DNA from: Fidelibacterota bacterium
GTDB taxonomy: Bacteria > Fidelibacterota > Marinisomatia > Marinisomatales > TCS55
Direction of reading: 5' to 3'
DNA length: 28,975 nt
Assembly: GCA_027251445.1 (NCBI GenBank)
Contig: JAPNQO010000056.1
Span: 1 to 28,975 of the forward strand
Part shown: piece after piece, positions 1 through 8,990 of the stretch
Layout of the letters: every line of letters begins with the position of its first letter
Numbering within the stretch: position 1 is the first letter of the stretch
The notes under the pieces: model-generated
Database searches by the model: none
Told to the model about the DNA's origin: nothing
The model's input: the letters and a program-made list of their open reading frames with translations, nothing else
Program-made: the position numbers and the translations under genes

Positions 1-117
1 CCATTAAGCACTCCAAAGCCTGATCGATATGAATTTTATGTTGCTAAAGTACGCTTTCAAAATGATTATAGAGTTTATACCTATCATCCCGCTATTGGTT
101 TTTATCGGGTAGATTAA
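1..117 (+). CDS. 3' end of an unidentified protein (truncated at window edge)
   Basis: Frame +1 is open from base 1 (PLSTPKPDRYEFYVAKVRFQNDYRVYTYHPAIGFYRVD) to TAA at 115-117. This stop overlaps the convergent stop of 114..1163 (TTAA). Not in ORF track. Confidence 0.55.
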   Translation, partial: PLSTPKPDRYEFYVAKVRFQNDYRVYTYHPAIGFYRVD

Positions 118-1163
118 AAATTAAATCCAATGGAAAACAAAACCCAATTGGATGGTAATTGAGTTTCTATTGAAGTCCCAGCAGAAATAAATCTTGTTAT
201 TAGATTAAGTTTATCTTCTTTCCTTAAAGACAAGATGATTCCACTGCTAAATGATCTACTTCCAATTACAGATCCAGCTCCTATTTCAAGCTTTATTCTA
301 TTTATTAAAAATATACTTGAATTACGAAGACCAGTTTGAATATATATAGCATTTTGTTGGCCATTTAGATTTGAAGAAAAATTTACCACCCCTGTCTCAA
401 TTTTAATTATTGATTCAAGCTTATTAGTTCTAAAATGTAAAGGAGTTTTGATCATAAAATTATAATTTGATCCAGATGAATTTAAACTATCAATAGTATT
501 CCACTGGTTTATTCCTCCAGATATTCCAATACCCCATCCTTTAGTAAATTTATGATACCAAAAAGATTTTTTATCTTTTTCACTTCTCTTTATAGGTGAC
601 CTAGGTTTGATCAGAACTTCTTTTCGCTCATAATCTGATCCACGTCCATATCTTTCACTAATATCAAATGGTTTTGACAAGTGCTTATCTAATTTTGCGG
701 CAAGAATTTCAACAGATATTGAATCTACACTTGCTCGAATGCTACTTACCCAGAATCTTGTTTCTTCAATATATCTATAAATCACTTTATCTGAAATTCC
801 GCCAATTCTCATATTTTCAATAATAACTGCTGAAATCACAGGTATTGAGTTGTGCTTAGGATCAGAATAAAAATTATCTAAAGAATGAATTAATTCTTTA
901 TGCCGTAGGAGGTCTAATGGATCATTATAGGCAACTTCTGCCAATGAAGGCTCAACCTCCCATGCTTTTAAATAATAATATAATCTTCCATCTAATATAC
1001 CATTTAAATGAGCTGCTTTAATCTGAGAAACTGATTTACTTCCTTCACCTAATTTTGTCGCTATCCTATTCCAATTACTTCCATCCCAAAATATACGGTT
1101 ATCTCTTTGAGCAAAAAGGATAGCAAACATATATCCCACTAAAATTATTTTGCGGGAAAACAT
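114..1163 (-). CDS. Exported hypothetical protein: N-terminal domain paralogous to 1171..1614, plus a C-terminal putative outer-membrane beta-barrel
   Basis: N-terminal signal-like segment. Shares FWxGSxWxR, NGxLDGRLxYYLKAW and LDNFYxDP motifs with the neighbour. The C-terminus has alternating hydrophobic strands ending in ...WVLFSIGFNF. Confidence 0.7.
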   Translation of the reverse strand: MFSRKIILVGYMFAILFAQRDNRIFWDGSNWNRIATKLGEGSKSVSQIKAAHLNGILDGRLYYYLKAWEVEPSLAEVAYNDPLDLLRHKELIHSLDNFYSDPKHNSIPVISAVIIENMRIGGISDKVIYRYIEETRFWVSSIRASVDSISVEILAAKLDKHLSKPFDISERYGRGSDYERKEVLIKPRSPIKRSEKDKKSFWYHKFTKGWGIGISGGINQWNTIDSLNSSGSNYNFMIKTPLHFRTNKLESIIKIETGVVNFSSNLNGQQNAIYIQTGLRNSSIFLINRIKLEIGAGSVIGSRSFSSGIILSLRKEDKLNLITRFISAGTSIETQLPSNWVLFSIGFNF

Positions 1164-1170
1164 CGTAATG

Positions 1171-1614
1171 CTACTTATTATTTTCTAGTATCATTCGATT
1201 TATCCATTCCTTTGAATGACGAATATATTCATCAATTTTTCCCATAGGAATACGTTCACCAAACATATTACATATTATAATTGCTGAAGGTAAGGGGATA
1301 TAACCATTTATTGGATCTGCATAAAAATTATCTAAAACCTTCACTAATTCTCTTGGGGACAAATAATCTACAGTCTCTGCGTATAGACTATCTGCAAAAG
1401 TATGCTCCATTGTCCATGCTTTTAAATAATAAAATAATCTTCCATCTAATACTCCATTAATATATCCAACTTTAATCATATATGTTAATTCTGGATCATA
1501 ATTGGCTACCTTTTCCACCCTTCTCCAATCACTACCATTCCAGAACAACCGATCCATCTGTTGCGCTTGGGAATATATAATAAAAAATAGAAATATTATT
1601 AAAAGACGATTCAT
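1171..1614 (-). CDS. Exported hypothetical protein (helical; distant Rap1a/Tai4-like pattern)
   Basis: Signal peptide MNRLLIIFLFFIIYSQA. ATGA overlap with the upstream SSADH stop. Clear paralogy with 114..1163. Confidence 0.75.
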   Translation of the reverse strand: MNRLLIIFLFFIIYSQAQQMDRLFWNGSDWRRVEKVANYDPELTYMIKVGYINGVLDGRLFYYLKAWTMEHTFADSLYAETVDYLSPRELVKVLDNFYADPINGYIPLPSAIIICNMFGERIPMGKIDEYIRHSKEWINRMILENNK

Positions 1615-2978
1615 TGTACTACTACTGATTTTATATTTACAAATTCTTGTATACCAAACTCTGAGAGCTCTCGACCATATCCAGATTCTTTTATTCCGCC
1701 GAATGGAAGTCTAGGGTCAGACTTAACGAAATCATTAACGAAACAAGAGCCTGCTTCTAATTCTTTAGTTGCAATATTTTCTCCTTTATCTAAATCTCTA
1801 GTAAAAATAGCAGCGCCCAGACCAAAGTTCGTTTTATTTGCAAGTTCTATGGCATGGCTTTGATCTTTCGCAGATATTACTACTGCAACCGGTCCAAATA
1901 ACTCATCATCAAATGCCGGCATACCTGGCTCTACATCAACTAATAATGTTGGAGGATAAAATGCACCATCCAATTGAGGAATTTTACCTCCAAATAGCAA
2001 TTTTGCCCCTTTTTCAATACTGATTAAAACTTGTTGATGCAATTCATCTCTGGCAATATTATTAACCATTGGTCCAATATTTATATCGGGATTAATAGGG
2101 TCACCCATTTTCATTTTTTTAATTTCATTATGAACTTTATCAATAAATTCTTTCAGACTAGATTGAACAACAATAAAGCGTTTTGCTGCGATACAGCTTT
2201 GACCTGCATTGAGCATCCTACCAGCAATACATGACTTAACTGCATTATCTAGATCAGCGTCTTCTAAAATGACATAGGGATCATTACCACCTAATTCTAG
2301 TACAGTTTTTTTTAATAATGAACCTGCGAGAGATGCAACAGATTTTCCTGCTGGTGTGCTACCTGTTAGAGTGACAGCACTTATTTTGGAATTCTTAATC
2401 ACATTACTGACTTTTTTTGATCCAATCACTAGATTGCTAAAGGCAAATTTAGGAAACCCAGCTTCCAAAAATAATTTTTCTATTTCTATAGCACAACCTT
2501 GAACATTAGATGCATGTTTTAGTATGCCAACGTTTCCCGCCATTAGTGCCGGTGAAGCGAATCGAAATACTTGCCAAAATGGAAAATTCCAGGGCATTAT
2601 TGCTAACACTATTCCAATTGGCTGAAATGAAATAAAACTCTTTGTAGACCCAGTTGGTATCTCCTTTTGAGATAAAAATTTTTCTGCGTTATCAGCATAA
2701 TATTCACATACCCATGCACATTTCTCAGCCTCTGCTATACTTTGTTTTATTGGCTTACCCATTTCTTTTGTCATTAAAAGTCCTAATAGATCTTTTTTCT
2801 GTTTTAATAACTCAGCAAGGTGTCTCATTTTCTTTGCACGATAAGAAAAACTTTTATTTCGCCATTCTAAAAAAGTATTAAATGATGAATCAATAATTTG
2901 ATTAATACTATCTTTAGATATTTCTTCATAAGAATTTATTTTTTTATTGTTAGCAGGATTAATAGATATAAGATTCAT
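1611..2978 (-). CDS. gabD: NAD(P)-dependent succinate-semialdehyde dehydrogenase (ALDH, GabD1/Sad type)
   Basis: Motifs IMPWNFPFWQ, TGST, ELGG, catalytic GQSCIA, ELFGP, PFGGIKESGYGRE. Confidence 0.85.
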   Translation of the reverse strand: MNLISINPANNKKINSYEEISKDSINQIIDSSFNTFLEWRNKSFSYRAKKMRHLAELLKQKKDLLGLLMTKEMGKPIKQSIAEAEKCAWVCEYYADNAEKFLSQKEIPTGSTKSFISFQPIGIVLAIMPWNFPFWQVFRFASPALMAGNVGILKHASNVQGCAIEIEKLFLEAGFPKFAFSNLVIGSKKVSNVIKNSKISAVTLTGSTPAGKSVASLAGSLLKKTVLELGGNDPYVILEDADLDNAVKSCIAGRMLNAGQSCIAAKRFIVVQSSLKEFIDKVHNEIKKMKMGDPINPDINIGPMVNNIARDELHQQVLISIEKGAKLLFGGKIPQLDGAFYPPTLLVDVEPGMPAFDDELFGPVAVVISAKDQSHAIELANKTNFGLGAAIFTRDLDKGENIATKELEAGSCFVNDFVKSDPRLPFGGIKESGYGRELSEFGIQEFVNIKSVVVQ

Positions 2979-2994
2979 TATCTAATGAGAAACT

Positions 2995-5166
2995 CTAATA
3001 TTTTATTCCAGCTAGATCAATCAAAAATGCATAATTCAAAGCAAGTTCTCTATATCGGCGAAATCTTCCAGATTTCCCTCCATGACCTGCATCCATATTT
3101 GTATATAAATATAGTTCATTATCACCAGTTTTATATTCTCTCAATTTGGCAACCCATTTTACAGGCTCCCAGTACTGGACCTGGGAATCAAAATATCCTG
3201 CAGTAACTAACATATTTGGATATTCAACTTTATATACATTATCGTATGGAGAATATTTCATCATATAATCATATTCATCTTTATTCCTAGGATCGCCCCA
3301 TTCATCCCATTCATTTGATGTGAGAGGAATAGATGGATCCATCATTGTATTTATCACATCAACAAAAGGTACTGCAGCAACGATTCCATTATATAAGTCA
3401 GGCGCCATATTTACTACTGCCCCCATTAATAATCCACCAGCACTCCCACCCATTGCATATAAATGATTAGCATCAGTGTATTTATTTTGAATCAAAAATT
3501 TGCTACAATCAATAAAATCATTAAAGGTGTTCATCTTATTAAACATCTTTCCGTCTTCATACCATTCTCTTCCGTAGGTCTGGCTTCCTCTAATATGAGC
3601 GATTGCATAAATAAATCCTCTATCTAAAAGACTTAGACGATTTGAGTTGAACGAAGGGTCAATTGTACTACCATATGAACCATAAGCATATAATAATAAA
3701 TTATTATTTCCATTTTTCTTCTGACCTTTTTTATAAACAATTGAAATCGGTACTTGTTTACCATCTCTTACAGTTACATATAATCTTTCAGATTGGTATT
3801 TATCAGAATCATATCCACCTACTACTTCAGACTGTTTTAATAATATTGATTTTCTTGAATCCATATTATAATCAAAAGTAGATGCAGGTGTAATTAATGA
3901 AGAAAATTGATATCTAAGAATATTAGTATCAAAGGAAAGGTTTACAGATGTATAAGCAGAAAAAACCTCTTCGCCAAAATCAAGATAGTGCTCTTTATTA
4001 TTTTTTTGATTGATTATTCGGATTTGAGGCAGACCATCTTTCCTCTCACTTACAACTAGATAGTTTGAAAAAACATCTATATCATTTAAAAATACATCTT
4101 TTCTATGTGATATAACTTCCTTCCAATTTTGTTTTTCTGTTTTGTTTTCAAATGTTTCCATTAATCGAAAATTCATCGCATTCCAGTTTGTTACGATATA
4201 AAATTTATCTTTGTAATGCTCAATTGAATACTCATGCTCTTTTTCTCTTGGGCTAAATTGTTTGAATTTTCCTTGAGGTTTATCTGCGCTCAATATGTGA
4301 TAATCACTGACTAAAGTACTACTATTGTAAATAATAATATATTTTTCTGACTTAGTGCGATAAACACCAATATAAAATGAATCATCGTTTTCAGTAAATA
4401 CTATCTGATCTGCTGATTGCATTGTACCTAATTGATGCCTAGCAATATGCTCTGAAAGCAAAGTAGTCTTATTCTTTACCGTATAAAAAAATGTCGAATT
4501 ATCATTTGCCCATGCAGCAGAGCCTTCTGTTCCATGAATTTCATCACCTAATAACTCACCTGTTTCTAAGTTTTTAACTTTCATTGTATAAATTCTTCGG
4601 CTAAGAGTATCAACGCTAAATGCCAATAATTTATTATTTGGACTTACAGATAAATTTCTTAGTGAAAAATAGTCATGTCCTTCTGCCCAAAGATTGACAT
4701 CAATCATCACTTCTTCTTTATTTTCTAACGTTTCTTTTTTTCTACAATAAATAGGGTATTCTTTTCCTTTTTCATATTTCGTATAATACCAATATCCATT
4801 ATCGTAATAAGGTACAGATGAATCATCTTTTTTTATACGCCCTACTATTTCATTATAGAGTTTTTTTTGAAGCTTTTCCGTATGCTTTAACTTATTCCTA
4901 GTATATTCATTTTCTTTATTTATGTAGCTCACTACCTCCATTGTTTGGGTATCTGGCCATCCTTCAGCATTTTTTGCAGATTTTTGTTCATCACTTAAAC
5001 GAATCCAATGATAGTTGTCTATTCTTTCTTTACCATGGACAATGTTTTTATGAGGATTTTTATTTGCAATAGGTGGTTTCATATCTTGCATTCCAATTTG
5101 ACTTCTAAAATAATACAGTATCATAATGATTACGATAATAGAATACCATGTAAAATTTCTACTCAT
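2995..5166 (-). CDS. ptrB: Oligopeptidase B (S9A serine peptidase)
   Basis: HGKERIDNYHW N-terminus, YAYGSYG, GGSAGG nucleophile, DSQV Asp, AGHGG His; 723 aa. Confidence 0.92.
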   Translation of the reverse strand: MSRNFTWYSIIVIIMILYYFRSQIGMQDMKPPIANKNPHKNIVHGKERIDNYHWIRLSDEQKSAKNAEGWPDTQTMEVVSYINKENEYTRNKLKHTEKLQKKLYNEIVGRIKKDDSSVPYYDNGYWYYTKYEKGKEYPIYCRKKETLENKEEVMIDVNLWAEGHDYFSLRNLSVSPNNKLLAFSVDTLSRRIYTMKVKNLETGELLGDEIHGTEGSAAWANDNSTFFYTVKNKTTLLSEHIARHQLGTMQSADQIVFTENDDSFYIGVYRTKSEKYIIIYNSSTLVSDYHILSADKPQGKFKQFSPREKEHEYSIEHYKDKFYIVTNWNAMNFRLMETFENKTEKQNWKEVISHRKDVFLNDIDVFSNYLVVSERKDGLPQIRIINQKNNKEHYLDFGEEVFSAYTSVNLSFDTNILRYQFSSLITPASTFDYNMDSRKSILLKQSEVVGGYDSDKYQSERLYVTVRDGKQVPISIVYKKGQKKNGNNNLLLYAYGSYGSTIDPSFNSNRLSLLDRGFIYAIAHIRGSQTYGREWYEDGKMFNKMNTFNDFIDCSKFLIQNKYTDANHLYAMGGSAGGLLMGAVVNMAPDLYNGIVAAVPFVDVINTMMDPSIPLTSNEWDEWGDPRNKDEYDYMMKYSPYDNVYKVEYPNMLVTAGYFDSQVQYWEPVKWVAKLREYKTGDNELYLYTNMDAGHGGKSGRFRRYRELALNYAFLIDLAGIKY

Positions 5167-5918
5167 TCTTTCCTCTCCCCCCTTTTAATAAAAGCAAATG
5201 GTGCATAAGCTATTATAAAGTGTGCTAATGCAACAAACTCAGCTACAAGAATATACCATGGCCAAGGTCCTAAATAGTCTAATAAAGATGGAACATGATC
5301 GCCTATTTCATTGGTTGGTTTCCCACATATCCAAAAATAGTTAGCATCAAGTAAAAGATTTACAACTACTGATAGTAATAAAAATATATTTAATGCTATC
5401 ATAGCCTTCCATACACTTTTCAAACTTGGTCGCATTCCATATACTACAGTTGCATATACTAAAGCTATGATCATGCCTTGGTGTGCAAACCAAAATCTAA
5501 AAAACTGAAAATGCGGATAACCTGCTGCAATATCAGGAGTAATAATAGCTTGCAGCATACCCGATAAACCCCAAAAATAAAGCACTTCATAGAAAAGATA
5601 ACTTTTAAAAACCATTATAAATGGTACCAGCAAATTAGCCATTCGACAAAGATGAATAGGGAGATGTAATTTTACATCAAAGGTGCCAGCTATAATTTCT
5701 AATATTGTCCATAATAAGTAACTACTCATCACACAATAGCCAATAACGCTGCCAAGTATATGTTGATGACGTTCAGATAATCTTTTCTTTGCAAAAATTG
5801 GAATGAATATTGCAAGGAGAATTGCTACGAATATTGATATTATATGACTAGTACCAAATAATATAAATGGATCATAAGTCTTTAAATATGTGGCTACTAC
5901 TTCTCTCATATTTATCAA
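5163..5918 (-). CDS. YwaF / TIGR02206 family integral membrane protein (TMEM164-like)
   Basis: F(G)xxH N-terminus, LPIHLC, QAIITPD, FWFAH, NYFW..KP, SLLDYLGPWPWY motifs; several TM segments. Confidence 0.85.
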   Translation of the reverse strand: MINMREVVATYLKTYDPFILFGTSHIISIFVAILLAIFIPIFAKKRLSERHQHILGSVIGYCVMSSYLLWTILEIIAGTFDVKLHLPIHLCRMANLLVPFIMVFKSYLFYEVLYFWGLSGMLQAIITPDIAAGYPHFQFFRFWFAHQGMIIALVYATVVYGMRPSLKSVWKAMIALNIFLLLSVVVNLLLDANYFWICGKPTNEIGDHVPSLLDYLGPWPWYILVAEFVALAHFIIAYAPFAFIKRGERKE

Positions 5919-5927
5919 TTTAAATAA

Positions 5928-6866
5928 TTATTCATATTCAATAATTGAAATGGTTTCAGATAGTTTATTATAATAGGAATCAGTCCAAAATTTTAATTCA
6001 TCTTCTACCCAGAGTCCATAATCTTCTTCTTGATAAATCATTTTACCATCTTCTGAAAAAGAACGCCAAATTCCTTTTGGAAATCCATTTAAATATTCGC
6101 CTTCTATAGCTGGATTTCCATTAGGGAAATACCACACCCAAACACCATTCTGCTTCCCTTTTAAAAATGAGCCTTTTAAACGATTATTACCATTTTCAAA
6201 CCACTCATAAATATCTCCTACCAATATTCCTTTATTAAAAATATAGTGGAATTCTTTCTGTCCATTATTATACCATGAGAGTTGCTCTCCATCTTGAACC
6301 CCAAGAAACCAAAATAGTTTTAATCGATGACTTCCATCGGCGTGCCATCCAAGCTCCCATTGATGTTTTTTCCCTCTTGTATAGAAAACTTCGCCAAATT
6401 TTCTTCCATTTTCATGCCAATGGGTCTTTCTTCCATGCAAAACATTATCTTTATAGTTTTCCTCAGATAGTTTTTTTTGAGACTCAAAATATTTTATCCA
6501 CAATCCTTCTTTATTACCTTTAAGAAAGGTACCTGATTCCTTTAACATACCAGATTGAAAATATAATCTCAATGGACCATGTTGTAAGTTATTAACAAAA
6601 GTTACTTCAGATTTTTTTTCACCACTATTATACCACCAAGTCCAAACCCCTTCTTGCAGACCTGATATTAGCTTACCATCAAATTCTATTTCACCTGAAG
6701 AATATTTTTTATAAACAATACCTTCAAAAGGGATTTTAGAATTAGGTAAATATCGTTTTCCTTGACTATCAATATCTTCTCTAATAATCAAGCTATCAAT
6801 ATTTACTCCACTCGCAAATACAGCTTGTTGAAATAAACAAACAATTAGGATTAATAAATTTGTCAT
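5928..6866 (-). CDS. Exported MORN-variant repeat protein (YwqK-like)
   Basis: Signal-like N-terminus. About 10 repeats of G.W..WYENG.K..EG.Y..G. Confidence 0.85.
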   Translation of the reverse strand: MTNLLILIVCLFQQAVFASGVNIDSLIIREDIDSQGKRYLPNSKIPFEGIVYKKYSSGEIEFDGKLISGLQEGVWTWWYNSGEKKSEVTFVNNLQHGPLRLYFQSGMLKESGTFLKGNKEGLWIKYFESQKKLSEENYKDNVLHGRKTHWHENGRKFGEVFYTRGKKHQWELGWHADGSHRLKLFWFLGVQDGEQLSWYNNGQKEFHYIFNKGILVGDIYEWFENGNNRLKGSFLKGKQNGVWVWYFPNGNPAIEGEYLNGFPKGIWRSFSEDGKMIYQEEDYGLWVEDELKFWTDSYYNKLSETISIIEYE

Positions 6867-6949
6867 TATATAAATAGATAAATTCTAAAAAATAAGATAT
6901 AATGATAATGAGTTTTATAAATCAAATACAGATTAAATATTATTTATAA

Positions 6950-8011
6950 TTACTGAAGTTTTCTTCCTTGATTATCAAAAACTGAGTATAATTCACCATC
7001 CCAAAATTTAAATTCTCTTTCATCTATCAATAATTCTTCTTTGCTGCCTAAGATACTAAAGCGAACTCGTTGCAGATGAAAAGTTCCTCTTACATATGGA
7101 TCATACCATTTTATGTATTTAATAGAGGAATAATTAATTATGTTTTCTTTCATCCATGGGTCAATTACATTAAACATTGGCAAAGATTCAAGCGGCTCAC
7201 TAATTGATGGTATTAATTCTTCTTTGACTAGTTCATCATTTATAAAATTATCTACCCATGAATTCGTATTCATCATTTTATTAATTTTTAACGAGGCAGA
7301 TTGAGCATCATCTATTGATTGATATTTTCCAGAGCGAACTCTATACCATAATAAACCACTATTATCAACGTAACCTTTTTGTATATAAGCATCAATCCCT
7401 CTTGATTCGGCAAGACGAACCAAAGATTCAGCTGCCTTGAGATCTTTCCCAGAAGTAATTTGCACAGTATATAATTTTTGGGAAGATGATTTGAATTTAG
7501 TTATCAAACTCTTATCTAAGTCATCCGTTTCTTTTTGTCCTATTATTTCATCATTAATATCATCATTTAGATTAGCTATATCTTCTTCAAACGCACTAGA
7601 TTCATTAAGATCATTAATTTCCTCATTATCTTCTAAAAATTCATTTGAATCTTCAAAGTTTTCAGCAGGGATGTTTTTATTAACAATTTTTTTCATATCT
7701 TCAATTGTAGCATTTGAGTCAACTGTAACAAAAAACATATTTATCCATCCAACAGTGTCTTCATAAACAACTTGAAACCAAGTAGTATTAAAAAGACCTT
7801 TTTTCATATCTTTTATATTTATTACTTCTAATTCAGTACCTATTGGAACAAAAGTTATTGGAGATTTTGTTTTAGGATTATCAATTAATCTTGCAGAGTT
7901 ATCTTTAACAATAACCTTTTTAATTTTGGGGGAATTATCAGAACAGCTTGATAATATAAGTAAAGTTACAAGGTATAATTTTAACTTATGAAACATATTG
8001 TAAATTACCAA
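6950..8011 (-). CDS. Lipoprotein with SH3-like domain, acidic linker and SPOR domain
   Basis: Lipobox LLILSSC; WFQVVYEDTVGWI (SH3b-like); YTVQITS...WYRVRSGKY (SPOR). The true start may be the second Met (MFHKLK). Confidence 0.75.
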   Translation of the reverse strand: MVIYNMFHKLKLYLVTLLILSSCSDNSPKIKKVIVKDNSARLIDNPKTKSPITFVPIGTELEVINIKDMKKGLFNTTWFQVVYEDTVGWINMFFVTVDSNATIEDMKKIVNKNIPAENFEDSNEFLEDNEEINDLNESSAFEEDIANLNDDINDEIIGQKETDDLDKSLITKFKSSSQKLYTVQITSGKDLKAAESLVRLAESRGIDAYIQKGYVDNSGLLWYRVRSGKYQSIDDAQSASLKINKMMNTNSWVDNFINDELVKEELIPSISEPLESLPMFNVIDPWMKENIINYSSIKYIKWYDPYVRGTFHLQRVRFSILGSKEELLIDEREFKFWDGELYSVFDNQGRKLQ

Positions 8012-8934
8012 CTCTCATAATGAAATGAACTCTTTTCTAACGGGATTTCATGAACCTTTCCAAACATAAATTTTACAAAAAATATTACAGATTCAATTAA
8101 TCTACCATCTTTACCATATTTATATAAAATTTTTCTTACCACAACATCATCTTCATCAAACAATTCTATATCTGTAATATTTCCTTGTTTATTATATTGA
8201 TACAATTTTTTTGCTACGCCTTCAAAATTATTTATAAGTTTTCCATTGCTATCAATCAAGTTCCATTCTTCTAATTTATCTTTTTGATTATATTTATATT
8301 GATCTTTTAAAGTTAGGTTTTTGTTATAATCATAAAATTTTTCTTCAATTAATTTACCATCCTTAGAATATGAATAAATAAAATCACTACTTCGTTTACC
8401 ATCACGATAATAAGATGTTTCTTTAGCTAATTTTTTGTCCGAACTATAACGGAATGTATGACTTATAAATTCATTCCCCTCTCCTCTAAGAAAAGAAGTT
8501 TTTTCTATAAGATGATTATCGCTATTATATTTGTACTTATCCTGCCAATTTAATGATCCATCTGAGTCATAAGATGATTCATTGATTATATATCTATGAT
8601 TACCATATTTATAAATATTTTTCCAAATTAATATCCCGCTTGATCCGTAGCTAGAAAGTTCAAAAAGCATTCCATCTTTATTATAAAAGTATATATCCTT
8701 ACTTAATAACTTATCATTACCATTGTATTTTACTACAGATGATATATTGCCATTTTTATCGTAACTAGTAATTATTCTTTTTTGAAGAATTTCAAGATAT
8801 TCACCAAATTGGTTATGAAATTCATACTTAGACTCGGTACTTATTTTAACTTGGTTATTATTAACAAGATTATCAGCATTAACTGATTTTATTAAAATAA
8901 TTAAAATGAATAATATTTTACATATCAAATTCAT
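8005..8934 (-). CDS. Exported protein made of YD/RHS-like beta-hairpin repeats
   Basis: Signal peptide; about 9 repeats of ~26 aa with pattern YxxxGxLxE...Y..DG.L...xYx. Confidence 0.75.
   Translation of the reverse strand: MNLICKILFILIILIKSVNADNLVNNNQVKISTESKYEFHNQFGEYLEILQKRIITSYDKNGNISSVVKYNGNDKLLSKDIYFYNKDGMLFELSSYGSSGILIWKNIYKYGNHRYIINESSYDSDGSLNWQDKYKYNSDNHLIEKTSFLRGEGNEFISHTFRYSSDKKLAKETSYYRDGKRSSDFIYSYSKDGKLIEEKFYDYNKNLTLKDQYKYNQKDKLEEWNLIDSNGKLINNFEGVAKKLYQYNKQGNITDIELFDEDDVVVRKILYKYGKDGRLIESVIFFVKFMFGKVHEIPLEKSSFHYESW
8075..8763 (-). repeat. Intragenic ~78-bp (26-aa) degenerate repeat array
   Basis: Repeat starts YDKNGN, YNKDGM, YGNHRY, YNSDNH, YSSDKK, YSKDGK, YNQKDK, YNKQGN, YGKDGR. 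Confidence 0.7.
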
Positions 8935-8990
8935 ATTTATTTCTTATTCATTATAAATTATTATCTATAAAATTTCTCACTAAATAATCG

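Noticed and set aside
5928..8934. RHS toxin / YwqK antitoxin module
   Set aside because: No RHS core or toxin C-terminal domain; both repeat proteins are short and carry signal peptides.
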